A DNA stretch of 62,806 nt from Chara braunii (lineage: Eukaryota; Plantae; Charophyceae). Below, piece by piece: positions 50,901 through 62,806 of this stretch; the stretch's first letter is position 1; every line of letters starts with the position of its first letter. Under the pieces are notes generated by a model. That model was not told the DNA's origin, searched no databases, and was given only the letters and a program-made list of their open reading frames with translations. Location of the stretch: assembly GCA_003427395.1 (NCBI GenBank), contig BFEA01000019.1:4818365-4881170 (forward strand). The letters are read 5' to 3'. Made by a program: the position numbers and the translations under genes.

Positions 50901-52500
50901 CCTGCTCGACCGAAGAAAATGTTAGTCGTCATAGGTCTATGAGGTAGTCCTCCGGTAGGATGATAAGAGACCGGTCGATGCGAGTCACCTCCGGCAGGAA
51001 TGTCTCATCACATGTAAGGCGGGCGTTCTGAAACACCCAGATGTGACGCTCTAAATCAGACGGTGCGGAGGATCCGAACCATCTAATCTAGGTGATACAG
51101 TCTAGGGCATCGATCACATCGTGCCAAGCGTCAAAACGGTGCTGAAAAAAAAGTTGAAGTCCTCGAAAGTAGGAACCTCACCCGTGCAGATGCGATAGGA
51201 ATAATAACTCTCTCATGCGTTGAAACAACTGCCTCGCAATTTGGTTGCAAGCATAGAGCATCACAACTCTTGACTGGTAGTCGTTAGTGTCAGTGTACAT
51301 GTGGCTATTTGCAACAAATCTGGCATGCGGAGGGATCCATTGTAGCCGGGTATATACGACAGGCACACAACGGGTGATGCACCGTGTTGACGGCGAGGGG
51401 AGAGTGGCTAAGGTGTCTGCACTGCGGCGATAAAAGTCGGGGCCGGTGCAAGGGTGAGATTGAAAGAAGATTGTAGACTGTAGCCACTGACAAGATAACC
51501 ACCAGATGTGGAGGTGATAGACACAGATAGTTGTGACGAAGTGGTGAGGTAAGCAGAGAGAGGAGAGAGTGCATGTCGAGGGAAGCAAGCTTGCATGATA
51601 GAAAAGGAAGGGGTGGTAAACAAAAAAGAAGGATGAGCAACTTCTAAGGAATGAGGGTGTCATAAGGTAAGAATCTTCGGCCGAGCCTGCACAATGGTGG
51701 AAGGAGATAGGAGGAGGAGGTGGAACATTGGACTGTAATGCCGCAACCAGTGCGAAAAGCTGGTAAGCAACACCGGGATGGGTAATTGAACCTACATAGC
51801 TAGATACAGGTATCTGGGTGGCACCACCTACGACGATGGCCAAAGCTACAGGGGTGGAGAAAACTGATAAAGTTGTTGTAATAAACGGCGTGGTATGAGC
51901 GGCACAACAAGATTGATTGGAACTCGGACAGTCAGTTGGACAACAGTCATGTGACTCGTTGATTTGCATACGACCATTCACTAAAACACCAGTGAGCTTA
52001 GCCGTTTGGTTGAGCGTGCAACTCTCATTAGGGAGGTTGCGTATTCGATTCTTGAGGGCAAATCATCGACAAATTGATGAACAACCCCGCCACACACACG
52101 TATGTGCAATCCACTATTGCGCCCTCGATTCCTCCCACGTTCTTATTGGCTAACATTGGTTATGGCAACCTTCGCTCACCACTGTTGTTGGTGAGTGTTG
52201 GGCCTGAACTGCAGATAAAAGGGGAACCACTGCGTCTTCGTGTCTCGAGTCATGGGGAACCGGACTGGGAGCCGATAAGGGATAACGTGTGGGAGCGGTT
52301 GGGCGAGTGATAAGGAGAACCCTTGAGGCGATGCACGTCAAGGGCGAGCATATTCATTTGTGCCTTTATGGGTGCAAGTGTATCGAGGCCCGTTTGCATA
52401 GGTGCGAGAAGGGCCATAAGGACGGTGTCAAGGTCCATAGACGCTAAAGCCTGTGTTACCAGGCAGTGCCAGTCGAACGGGCGCCTGAGAGGTGAACAAT
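48000..52500 (-). mobile_element. Second, heavily decayed Ty3/gypsy internal region
   Basis: Protease-like ALWDFGSASGF (~49900), RT NGTFRLCINYRGLN (~48920) and LIYLDDILV (~48610), RNase H FIVITDASGFAIGVVL (~48150). Limits are approximate. Confidence 0.8.
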
Positions 52501-53944
52501 ATCAACATGATCGCCTCGAAGGTACTCCCGTTCGTGTATGGTGGAGGGAGGGGGGTAGACATGGCTAGAGGTAGAGAGACGGGTGGTAACAAAGGTGGAC
52601 TGCTGTGTGGTTAAAGGCGTCCACCGGTAAGAGAGAGGGGACCGGAGAAGCGGGGTGGGTAGTCGTGATTTGGCTCGCTCGGTGACCAGCGGATCACACG
52701 TGACAGGGTGGCGAGGAGCCAGTCAAAGGGAAAGGATCAGCTCGAGTCCAAGGTGCCCTATGGGAGAAGTTGGGAAAGGAGGGGCTTGGGAGAATCATAA
52801 ACCCTAATCGAGCTTAGGGGGGAGTTCGGGTGGAGTAGCGACTACCTAATCAAGGAGAGAGAGTAACAAACATGCAGGGCAGCAGGGGATAAGGAAGGGA
52901 AATAAATAAATAATAAATTTTGAAATTAAAAAAAAAAAAAAAAACAAATGGTTGAAATTTTCGGCAGCGTTTCCCCACCCCCTATGGGGTCAAAATGAGC
53001 CAAGAGAAGAGGAAAGACTAAGGGAAGCACACCAACATTAAAAATACCACAAATCAAAATTTTTGAAAAAATAAATAAATAAGGAGGTGAAGGAAAGTGA
53101 AGAGAAAATTAAGGTTTGGATTTTTCAAAAAATTTCAGCAGCAGTTTCTAACCCCAGAGGGTCAAAATGTGTTGGAAAATGAAACTAAGGAGGAGGAAAA
53201 TTTGGCAGCATTTCATTACACCCAAGGAATTAAAATGTGCACCGAAAGCAAAAATGACTAGGTCCTAACCAAATTTGAGGGTCCCTAAAAACGAATTGGG
53301 TTTTTCATAATAATTCTAAAATAATACAACAATAAATCAAGAAAATAAAAATTGAGGATTCTGAAGGTGAGAAGATAATTTGAAGTCTTGGAAGAGAGGA
53401 GAAAAAATAATTAAAAAAGAAGGACAAAAGTTACAAAACAAGAAAAAAATAAAATTTTGAATTTCGGGGGGAAAGGGTGAGAAAGAGGAGAGAAATATGA
53501 AAGAGAGGTGATAAATAGAAAAAGTTTGAGATGGTAGATGAGGGGGATGATGGGGTTGTAGTAAGAGAAAGAGAGGAGGAGGGGAAGGTGAGAGAATGAA
53601 AGGGAGAAAAATGGGAAAGGTAGAGAGGAAAAGAAAAAATTAATAGAAGAGAGTTGCGTAGCACGACGAATGTGTTTGCGACCCTTTCCGTTCGTGAGAA
53701 CGTGTTTTCGAGGCTGGCGAATGGGGTTCCTTTGGGCTGGTACCGTTCGTCGGCGGGGTTTTGGAGAGGCCTGCAGTGCGTCGGTGGTCGTATGTGGACA
53801 GGTGAGGGTGCAGGAATCGGGTCCACGTTGAAGGGTGGGCAGGGAAGGGTCAATTTCAAATTTGAATCTGTTTGAAACTGCCCTCACATCACCCCGTGCT
53901 ACAGCTGCTGCCACGGCGGGTGCCATTGGCTGTAAGGGTTGTGT

Positions 53945-53987
<43 letters not shown>

Positions 53988-54007
53988 CCCGCACTTTCTT
54001 TATCCCC

Positions 54008-54073
<66 letters not shown>

Positions 54074-54133
54074 NNNNNNNNNNNNNNNNNNNNNNNNNNN
54101 NNNNNNNNNNNNNNNNNNNNNNNNNNNNNNNNN

Positions 54134-54437
54134 TCCTTCTTCTTCTTCTTCTTCTTCTTCTTCTTCTTCTTCTTCTTTTTTTCCTCCTCCTCCTCCTCCT
54201 CCTCCACCTCTTCAACGTACTCCTCGTCCAGTCCGGTCGTCGTCCTCCGGCTGCCACGTCGGCACGGGCGATATATTTCTTTTTTTTTTAATATTTTTTT
54301 TCTTCTTCTTCTTCATTTCTTCTTCTTCTTCTTCTTCTTCTTTCTTCTTCTTCTTCTTCTTTATATATTCTTCTTCTTCTTCATCTTCATCTTCTTCTTC
54401 TTCTTCTTCTTCTTCTTCTTCATTTCTTCTTCTTCTT

Positions 54438-54469
<32 letters not shown>

Positions 54470-55092
54470 ATTCTTTTTCTTCCTCTTCTTCTTTTTCTTC
54501 CTCTTCTTCTTCTTCTTCTCTCCATCAACTCCATCTCCTCCTCCTTCCGTCATCTTGTTCTCCTCTTCTCCTCCTCCTCCTCCATCTCGTCCTCCCCAAG
54601 TTCTGTGGTCGTTGTGTGACTGCCAAGGCAACACGCGCGACATTATTTATTTTAGATCTTTTTAAAATATTTTTCTTCTTCTTCATATCTTCCACTTCTT
54701 CTCCTTCTTCTTCGTTTTCTTCTTCTTCTTCTTCTCTCCTCCTCCTCTAGTTTTCTTCTTCTCCTCCTCTCCTCCTACTCCTCCCACTCCTCCTCCATCT
54801 GAGGTTTCTCCCCAAGTTGCATCGTCGCCGCGCGGCTTCTACATCATCACGTGGAACATTTTTTTCCTATTTTTAAAAAAAACTTCTTCTTCTTCTTCTT
54901 TATATTTATTCTTCTTCATATCTTCTTCTTCTTCTTCTTCTTCTTCTTCTTCATTTTTTTTTTCCCCTTCTTCTTCGTTTTATATTATTCTTCTCCCCAA
55001 GTTTTGTCGTTGTCGTGCGGCTGTCACGTCGGCACGCGTGACATTTTTTTCATTTATGTTTTTAATCTTCATCTTCTTCATGCTCATTATCA

Positions 55093-55148
<56 letters not shown>

Positions 55149-55360
55149 NNNNNNNNNNNNNNNNNNNNNNNNNNNNNNNNNNNNNNNNNNNNNNNNNNNN
55201 NNNNNNNNNNNNNNNNNNNNNNNNNNNNNNNNNNNNNNNNNNNNNNNNNCCTTCCCATTTTCCTTATTTTTCTTCGTTTATTTTTTTTTTTTTTTCCTTC
55301 TTCATCTTCTTTTTCTTCTTCTTCTTCTTCTTCTCTCCACCTCCTCCATCTCCTCCTCCT
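54134..55360. repeat. (TTC)n/(TCC)n low-complexity tract with poly-T and N-gaps
   Basis: Seen directly. A cacgtcggcacg motif recurs within it. Confidence 0.9.
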
Positions 55361-58300
55361 TTTGTCGTCATCACACACACACACACACACATCCATCAGT
55401 CAAATGCATCCAAGGTAGACCGTCGGGGTTCAACCTTCCTACGAGTTGGTGAAAGTCTGATGCACAGTCATTCGTTTTTGAGTGTATACACTATATAGTG
55501 AATATGATATCACACATGCACACACACACACACACACACACAGGGGGGGGGTGTCAAGGACATAGGCCTATGCCCCCCGACCTCTAAAAAAAAAATTAAA
55601 AAAAATCGGTTCGCGTCTGCTGTTATATCCTACCCGAACATATTCGTGGCGAACGTGTTCGCACTAACTAGCGATCGCGATTGGTGTGCTAGGCAAGAAG
55701 AAAGTAAATGAGAAGGAGAGAAAAGAAAACGGTGATAGAAGATGGGTAGGGAGAAAAATAAGAGAACAGTGAGAAAAAGGGGGGAAGGTGGGGAAAAAAA
55801 AAGGAGGGGAAGATGGGAAAAAAAAAAAGAGGAGTGAGGTGAAATAAGAGATTAGTGGTAGAGTTAGAAAAAATGATTAAAGAATGGAGGGGAGAGGAAG
55901 AGAGAGTGGTGATGGGAAAGTGGGTCAGTGGAAGAAAATTGATACCAAGCTTATGGTTGGCCGAGAGCAGATAGTACTACCAAGATCCACAGGACCTTAA
56001 CCTTCAAGGTGTTGGTGGCTTGCTACCTTAACAATAAAAACAAAATAATGGTCATAATAATCTAGAATGGCTGAGATCTTGAAACGTCATCCTAATTCCA
56101 CAAGAGCACAACCCCCTAGCCAGAAGGATCCTTAATTGCTGCCAAACTGCTGCTGTAGTAGTAGAAAAAACAATAATAACAATCTGCGTGTGCTAGGATC
56201 TTGATCAGACACCCTGATCCCAATGTAGTGCAGCCCCCTAGGGAGGGGGGTGTTAAACTTCAGTCCCCCAATAAGCTTCCACGTGGCACAACAGGTGGTC
56301 ACGTCTGCAGGCAACAACATTCATGACGGTCGGGGTGGGGAGGGGGTAAATTGCCGGTGTGTCACTCTTCAACATGAACGTGCGATGACCTTGGCCTTTG
56401 GCGCTTGCGAGCACATATGCATGATGACACTCCACTTTTTTGCCACATGTCGCTCCCCTGCCCCAGCACTGGTTTACCCTCATTTTTCTCGTTCCACCAT
56501 ACAAAAATCACTAAAATCCTGCTATGGGGAGAGATGGGCAGAAGCAAGAGACGTTCCTGCTCAGGTACTAGTGTGACGGACCCGCCAGGATGACGGTCTA
56601 TCAGGACCAAGAATAAGGGATGAGGATGACAGAGATGGAGTTGGAGCTGGAAGGGACAACTTACTCCGACGTAAACTCAACACGCACACACTTCAAACTG
56701 TGCAGGTGAAGAATGTCTCACAATATAGATTGCAGCTGGGGTATTTCGCCAGTGGAAGGACTGACCTGAACTGGCCTAGTACTGACAGTGGTATCGGGCA
56801 CGATTGCACTAGATTGAAATTATTGAACGACTACACAGTCTGTGAGGTCAAGCTATGGCGTGGTCCCATTCGCCGAACAGGGAAAATAACCAGATAGCCC
56901 TGGTTGTGGGTCAAGGCAGCTAGATGCCTGTTGCACTGATGCACGTACCTGCAAATGACGAAGACCTTCGAGGAGTATTGAAGCGAAGAATAAGACCCAA
57001 GTGAAGTGCCTTCTACCCTTAACCCTGCTTGTTGGAATTCCGTTTGCATTTTTTGGATTCTCCATGCATTTTTGTGGTGACGGCTGGTGCAAGCCAAGTC
57101 CGTTGATTGCATCTTGTCAATTTGACTCAATAGTGGGTCTGCATGTTGGTGAGTCTGAGTAGCTAGGGTAGGAGCTCATCAGTTGGAAGTATCCCCTCAC
57201 GAGTAAGAAGCACTGACAGAGTGACGAACGCTCAATAAACAATCCAATTAGACCCAAGAAAAATCGGTACTAACTAGCATGTGACAGAGAGTTAACGAGA
57301 CGCAGAGAGGAGTTATAGTTGTGTAGAAGCTTGATAGTTGAAGACACTACCTGCAAGTAAGGAACATGAGCATAAGTGGCAGACATTCGTAAAACAACAT
57401 GTTTAGCCCAATGATCGGTACTAACCGGCGTACGACCGAAGCATGAAGAGCGGCGAGGAGCTTGTAAGTCTTGAGAGCGAACCTTCGATTGGTGGCCACG
57501 ACGTCCTGATTGCGTCGTTAAAGGATTTATGAAATCCTTACTGCGCGACCTTAAAAAGATGGTTGGCCACAAGTCCTTAGGGGAGCTGTAGTAATTGTGC
57601 GAGGGAGATAATTTAGGTTGGTCTGATCCTGATTTAGGTTATGTTAGAAGTGTTAAGTTTTGAGGAGTGGATCTTTGTGGTTACGAGGCAGAGTCAACTT
57701 ACCTGTCTTGACCTTAACCATCGATGACTACCCAATGTTCACTTCCTTGACCTTGCATGTTATACAGGGGCCACTACTCCATTTTATTTTCCTGCTAGAT
57801 TTCTACCGCAACAATACAATGTGCACCACCATGAAGTGTGATAAAACGATCTTAACATATTCAAAAGAGGAGCAAACGGAGATGGATGTCAGGCTGGTGG
57901 AGAAGAGGAGGGATAAAGAGGAGAAGAAGAAGAAGAAAGCAGACAAATTAAAAAGAAAACTAAAGGAAAAAAAGAAAACAGTTGGATGAGGAGCCGAGAC
58001 AAAAGAAAAATGAGATGAAAAACTGGGAGGATGAGATGAAAAGATAATTGGAGACCAAAGGAGAGGAGGAGGAGGAGGAGGAGGAGGAGGAAGAAGAAGA
58101 AGATTTGCTTAATAAAAGGGGGGAAAGAGCGGTGGTGGAAAGAGCGGGAAAGGTGGGCGGTAAAGAAAGCAGGCGGGGTGACCGACTGCAGTTTCACTTA
58201 GAGGATATTGGGGAGTGGACGAAACAATTCGACCTTAGAAGTGAAATATCGATGGATAACGCCGAGCAGGAAAACGAGGAGTTCGTAGCAAAGTTGGAGG

Positions 58301-59422
58301 TTGTTGATTATGAGAAGAGGGGGTTGTTAATTGCAGAGAGGGATAACATCCTCCATCAGCGGTTGCTAGCCCAAAAAAGGAAGGAGTTTGAGGAGAAGAA
58401 AAGGCTAAAGGAGGACTCTGAGGGAGAGGTGCTCCGATGAAGATTAAGGTAACAGAGGGAGAGGTAAGGAAGACGACTCGAAGCAGACTCTGACCCTCAT
58501 GACGGATGCACTGTTGCACAACGCGCAGGAATTCGCCACCCTTCATCATACTGTAGGGAAGATCGAACACCACCTAGAAGAGTTCCAAGAAAGGGAGAAC
58601 AATTTCTTTTTCTCGATTGCCCACATAATCGACGACAAAACCTCCCATTATGTAAGCCAATTGTATAATATCTTCACAAAAAAGATCATAAGCATCGTCA
58701 CAGAAACAAGGTTAGGCGGTGATGGTGGAGGATACCCAAGACATAAAGATGATGGAAAGCGAGGAGGAAAGTGAAAAGGAGAAAGAGACCGGTGTCGGTG
58801 CGAATACCCTTATAAGGGTATCCGCTCTGGTTTTTGTAAGTGGCATAAACGGGATTTCATTCGAAAATTAGATGGAAAAATTAGATGCGTCGTGCAGGCC
58901 GCGACCAATTTTCTTTCTGTGATCAATTGTGTATTAAAAAGAAGAATAGGGACTGTGTGGGCCCGCAATTTTAAGATGCACATGATTTTTCTTGTTGATG
59001 TAATAGAGCCGACACAATTGCTGGTCAACTTTTGTTTTTGTTTTAATTAGGACTCAATGATCTCCTTTTTTTTATCAGTACGTTTGACTGTGGTGTGTGT
59101 GCGCGCGTGAAGGCGGATTTAGGGATCGAAGCCAACAAGCGGCGACGAAGGAGCGAGGGAAAAACATTGAGGGAACCGAGGGGTTAAGGGTCTTGTAGGA
59201 CTATGCCACTTGGTTTGGCTACCGTCTACTGGCCCTGACCGCTGGCCCGGTTGAGAGAACCAAGAGGGTGCCATCGATTTCCACTCCCCCGAGGCACCAT
59301 TTTCCCCTCCTTTGAGTCCTTTCTTTTTCTTTTTTTTATTCTCTTTTATCCTATTTAGTTACTGGTCATATTTCTAGTACACGGTACCGGTGCTGTTACC
59401 GGAAGTGGCTGTCAGGACCAAC

Positions 59423-59487
59423 GAGCCTAGCTCAATTGGTACACTATTGAGCTGATGAAATACAAACCCGAGTTCGAACTCCACTGG
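59423..59487 (+). mobile_element. tRNA-derived SINE head
   Basis: gagcctagctcaattggtac...gagttcgaactcc has A and B boxes. Similar to 21229-21295. Confidence 0.55.
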
Positions 59488-59559
59488 AAGTAGATGAGCA
59501 AAATACTGCAATTATGAATTGTCTGGGATCAGTCGATGAGGATACCCAATGGTCATTGC

Positions 59560-60985
59560 GTGTTGTTTGGTCCCCCGGGACATTTGTTAAAATTGGGGCG
59601 ATAGAGTGAAGATCGTCATGGTCCCAGACAAAGGGGCAACTTACACAGAGGTTCGCGACCATGTTTTTTATGTTGTTTTTCTCCTTTGTACCTGGTGCCT
59701 GTATACGGGCAGATGTGAGGCAAGCGGGGTTGACTTGCAACCGCTGGCCGAGCTGGCTCTCCACACTATAACTCGTGGCTGCATAACTCCGAATGTTTTT
59801 ATTTTAAAAGTCAGGATGGCAGACAAACAACGACTCCGTTAGTAGTAGGATCTGACATGCACGTTGGCGACAAATGCAGTTGCAAAGGATCCGGGCGACC
59901 ACCGGTCGGATCCGCCATGAGGGAGGACATCGGACCCATCCCTGCGCCACGGTCATCCGAACGAGGGGCGCTTTCGTAAGAGGTTTGTGTCGACCCCCAC
60001 GCGAGAGGAAGGGTTGAAGGGGGTGGCACCCATCCCTCATCATCCGGCAAAGGCTGCATGTAAGAAGGCAGATGGACATATAACGCAGGAGTCATTCGGT
60101 GACGCGTTGCGCGAGGAAGCCCGGTGTGCACCCCCGACCCGATCCCGTACATTTGCCCCTCAGGAAGACTGCTGTCACCTATCACCTTCCTCCCCCTCGC
60201 TCCTCTGCCCTCCTTCTTCGTTGCCTTCTTTCGCGGAGGAGCCCTGATGTGCCTCAACAACTGCCACAGTTGCAGCAGGATGACGATGAGCAAAGCGACT
60301 AGGGCGAATGCCAACAGCACAGTCTTCCTGATGAGGTCTGCCATGCGCACACGCGAGGATAGTTCAAGAGCAGCACAATCGTCGGCAGTGTTCAAAACGA
60401 CAACGTGTCTGACTTCGGCTACACACCCAGCCATTTGTAGTGGATGCACCGCCATGTAATGAAGCTTTGTGTCCTGCTCGCGTCGCGAAGCGACTTCCGT
60501 CATTGTGGCCGTTGGCAGGGACGGGTGCTGCCATGTGCATATTTCGAATTCGAACCACCGCCAACGGCCATGTGGCCCCCGCCACTCCCAGAACAATGCA
60601 CTCCCCCGCCCAATGGCCACAACGGCACTCGGAAACAGCGGTACCGGGTGTTGGCGGTGCCATTGTCCCAGGCGAAGGGCCGGACATGAATGCAGTGGAC
60701 CAGGAACACAGCTGCTTCGGAGGGAAAACTAAACTGAAAAAACATTCTCCATGAAAAACGCGCTTCGCGGTCTCGCACCCTTACTTTTCTAGTCACCTCC
60801 CGAGGCTCCCTAGAGATTGTGGACGTTTTGCCTGGGGCGCCCTTACTTTGTAAGGGTGGACGGGTGGACCCTAAAAGCCGAGAATGTGAAAAAAGGCTTA
60901 AGGTTCGATGTTGCTGTCATTAGGGAGTGGTGGAACGATGATTTTGTAAGGATCCTTACTTTTTTAGTGGTGTGGAACGAGGCCC
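59560..60985 (-). mobile_element. Terminal fragment of a larger PIF/Harbinger-like element
   Basis: Ends ttagtggtgtggaacgaggccc|tga, identical to the terminus at 19534. The left limit is approximate and no transposase motif was confidently seen. Confidence 0.55.
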
Positions 60986-61529
60986 TGACCTGGGGTCACT
61001 AGCCAAAATAAAAATATATTTTTTCAACTTTTAACTTATATATATATATATATTTATTTATTTATTTTTATTTTTTTTCTGTCTTCTTCTTCTTAGAAGA
61101 CCTGCCTGAGATGTGCTAGGGGTGCTGGTAGGAGCAGGCACCGCAAGCATACTCAGGGAGGCTCCATCTATTGGTGGGGAGCAGCACCTGCTGGAAACCG
61201 GGTCCAGCGTCCCTAAGGGGGAGGTGGGGGCGAAAACGCTAATGAAAAAAAACACGGAATCGATAGTAACGGAAAGCAGAGGAGGGGGGAGTAGAAGAGG
61301 GCGAGGAATGTAAGAAAATCCTAGTGTATCTTTCCATGTTTTAGCGGAAGATTCGCTCTGGACCCATAGTGCGCTCAGTGAGTGGTGCGATGGCCTCAAC
61401 AGGGGCTGCTTTACTGATGGATGTATCTCCCCAAGTTTTATGGGAAAATTCATTCTGCACATTCAGTGGGTTGGGGAGCGAGGCCCACGACTGTGCACTT
61501 CATCTCGTCATCGCGGACATCATAGTCAT

Positions 61530-61991
61530 CATCACGGCCTACCGGGTCCGCGCTGCGAACCCGATTTTACCAGATTTTTTCTGAATTAAATAATAGCAAA
61601 AAAAAAACAAAAAGGATATGGGGTAGTAGGGAATTTTAAGACCTACAACCCCATATTTGTTTTTTTGGAATCCAACTTTGTTTAGGATTTTTAAAGAATC
61701 AAAAACTAAATTCAATTTAAAATATATATATATATATATAAAGAAAAGTTAGAAATTTTTTTTGTCATTTTTTATCAGCACATATATGGTCCCTGAGTTC
61801 ACGTGTATTTTTTAGAAATGAATTTCTATTTTTTGCAGGGGTATGAGGTGTTTTAGAAAAATAAAGATGCAAAATTAAAAAATAAATAAACAAAAAACTT
61901 GAAAAAAAAAAAGGGTTTGATTGATTGATTGATATTGATTGATTGATTGATTGTTTGATTGTGAGTGAGTGAGTGAGTGTGTGTGTGTGTG

Positions 61992-62067
<76 letters not shown>

Positions 62068-62108
62068 GTGTGGGGATCTGCGCAGCACGACGCGGGGAGC
62101 TGCGTGCG

Positions 62109-62157
<49 letters not shown>
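61530..62157 (+). mobile_element. Partial third copy of the non-autonomous hAT family
   Basis: gattttaccaga...ctacaacccc...ggaatcc.actttgtttaggattttta...tatggtccctgagttcac...(TGAT)n(GT)n is collinear with 3745-4210. Termini are not visible. Confidence 0.8.
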
Positions 62158-62160
<3 letters not shown>

Positions 62161-62806
62161 CAGAGTATTCATGAAAACCAAACAAATGTAGAAAACCAAA
62201 CAATCTTTATAGACCGAAGAAAACCAAAATTTTTCCACTCATTTTCACTCCGCAGGTGTTACTTTCACACGTTGTATGCCGCACCTAGTGATGAAAAAAC
62301 ATACTAAATCAAGGCTCCTTTTATGAGAAGGTGATTAGTGATACGAAAGCTTGTCCACGGAGCCTCATTTTTATCACATACAAAAGCAGGTCAACAAGTG
62401 ATCCTTAAAGCCGCTTGTAGTCGAGAAATGAATTCTTTGCTCTGCTGAAACCGCGCAAATATGACAATTCATTCCACAATACTAGATACCACTTACAAAC
62501 TTAGAGGAAAGTTAAGAAAACCCAGACATGATTACGATCACTCCAAAATGTATTGCGTTGTACGAAAGCAGGACGTCTTGGCATATGCACCTTTGGAGTC
62601 CTTTCATTAAGAAAACAGAAAATAGATGCAGTTTAGGCATCCCCAATTCCGTTTGTAGTTCTATAAAGCACGCGCCAAAGACACACTAAAAAAAAAAGAA
62701 AACAAAGAAATACTCCGAAAATGTGCGCCCTTGTACCGAAACCAGATATCTTGACATTTGCATATTTATAGTCTTATAAATTGGAAAGCAAAAAAACATG
62801 TCAGCT

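Noticed and set aside
51178-51981. 267-aa ORF as a host gene
   Set aside because: No recognisable domain, and it lies in the decayed gag-side region of the second gypsy relic.
56570-58800. Possible LTR (TGTGAC start) and E/K-rich gag-like remnants
   Set aside because: No PBS, second LTR or diagnostic motif is visible, so it is too weak to call.

Overview
Eukaryotic, repeat-dominated window with several assembly N-gaps and long microsatellites. The mix of a plant-type pectin methylesterase, a plant-like U6 sequence, Met-i primer sites and GC-rich gypsy/hAT relics suggests a streptophyte, plausibly a charophyte alga such as Chara; this is inference. The only intact host gene I can support is an intronless secreted pectin methylesterase (26195-27364, minus strand). 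The rest is nested transposon material: a decayed Ty3/gypsy element (85-7836, minus), a complete-looking 8.6 kb hAT element with an 8-bp TSD (10016-18643), several CTATG...CATAG hAT derivatives, a cluster of PIF/Harbinger MITEs, tRNA-derived SINE heads, a truncated U6 retrocopy, an L1 fragment, a second gypsy relic, a ~155-bp satellite and a 142-bp near-perfect inverted repeat. The most unusual observation is a decayed but exactly spaced PHD finger (1828-1959) between RNase H and integrase of the gypsy Pol, in frame with the integrase. It hints at a retrotransposon lineage using a histone-reader module other than the usual chromodomain.
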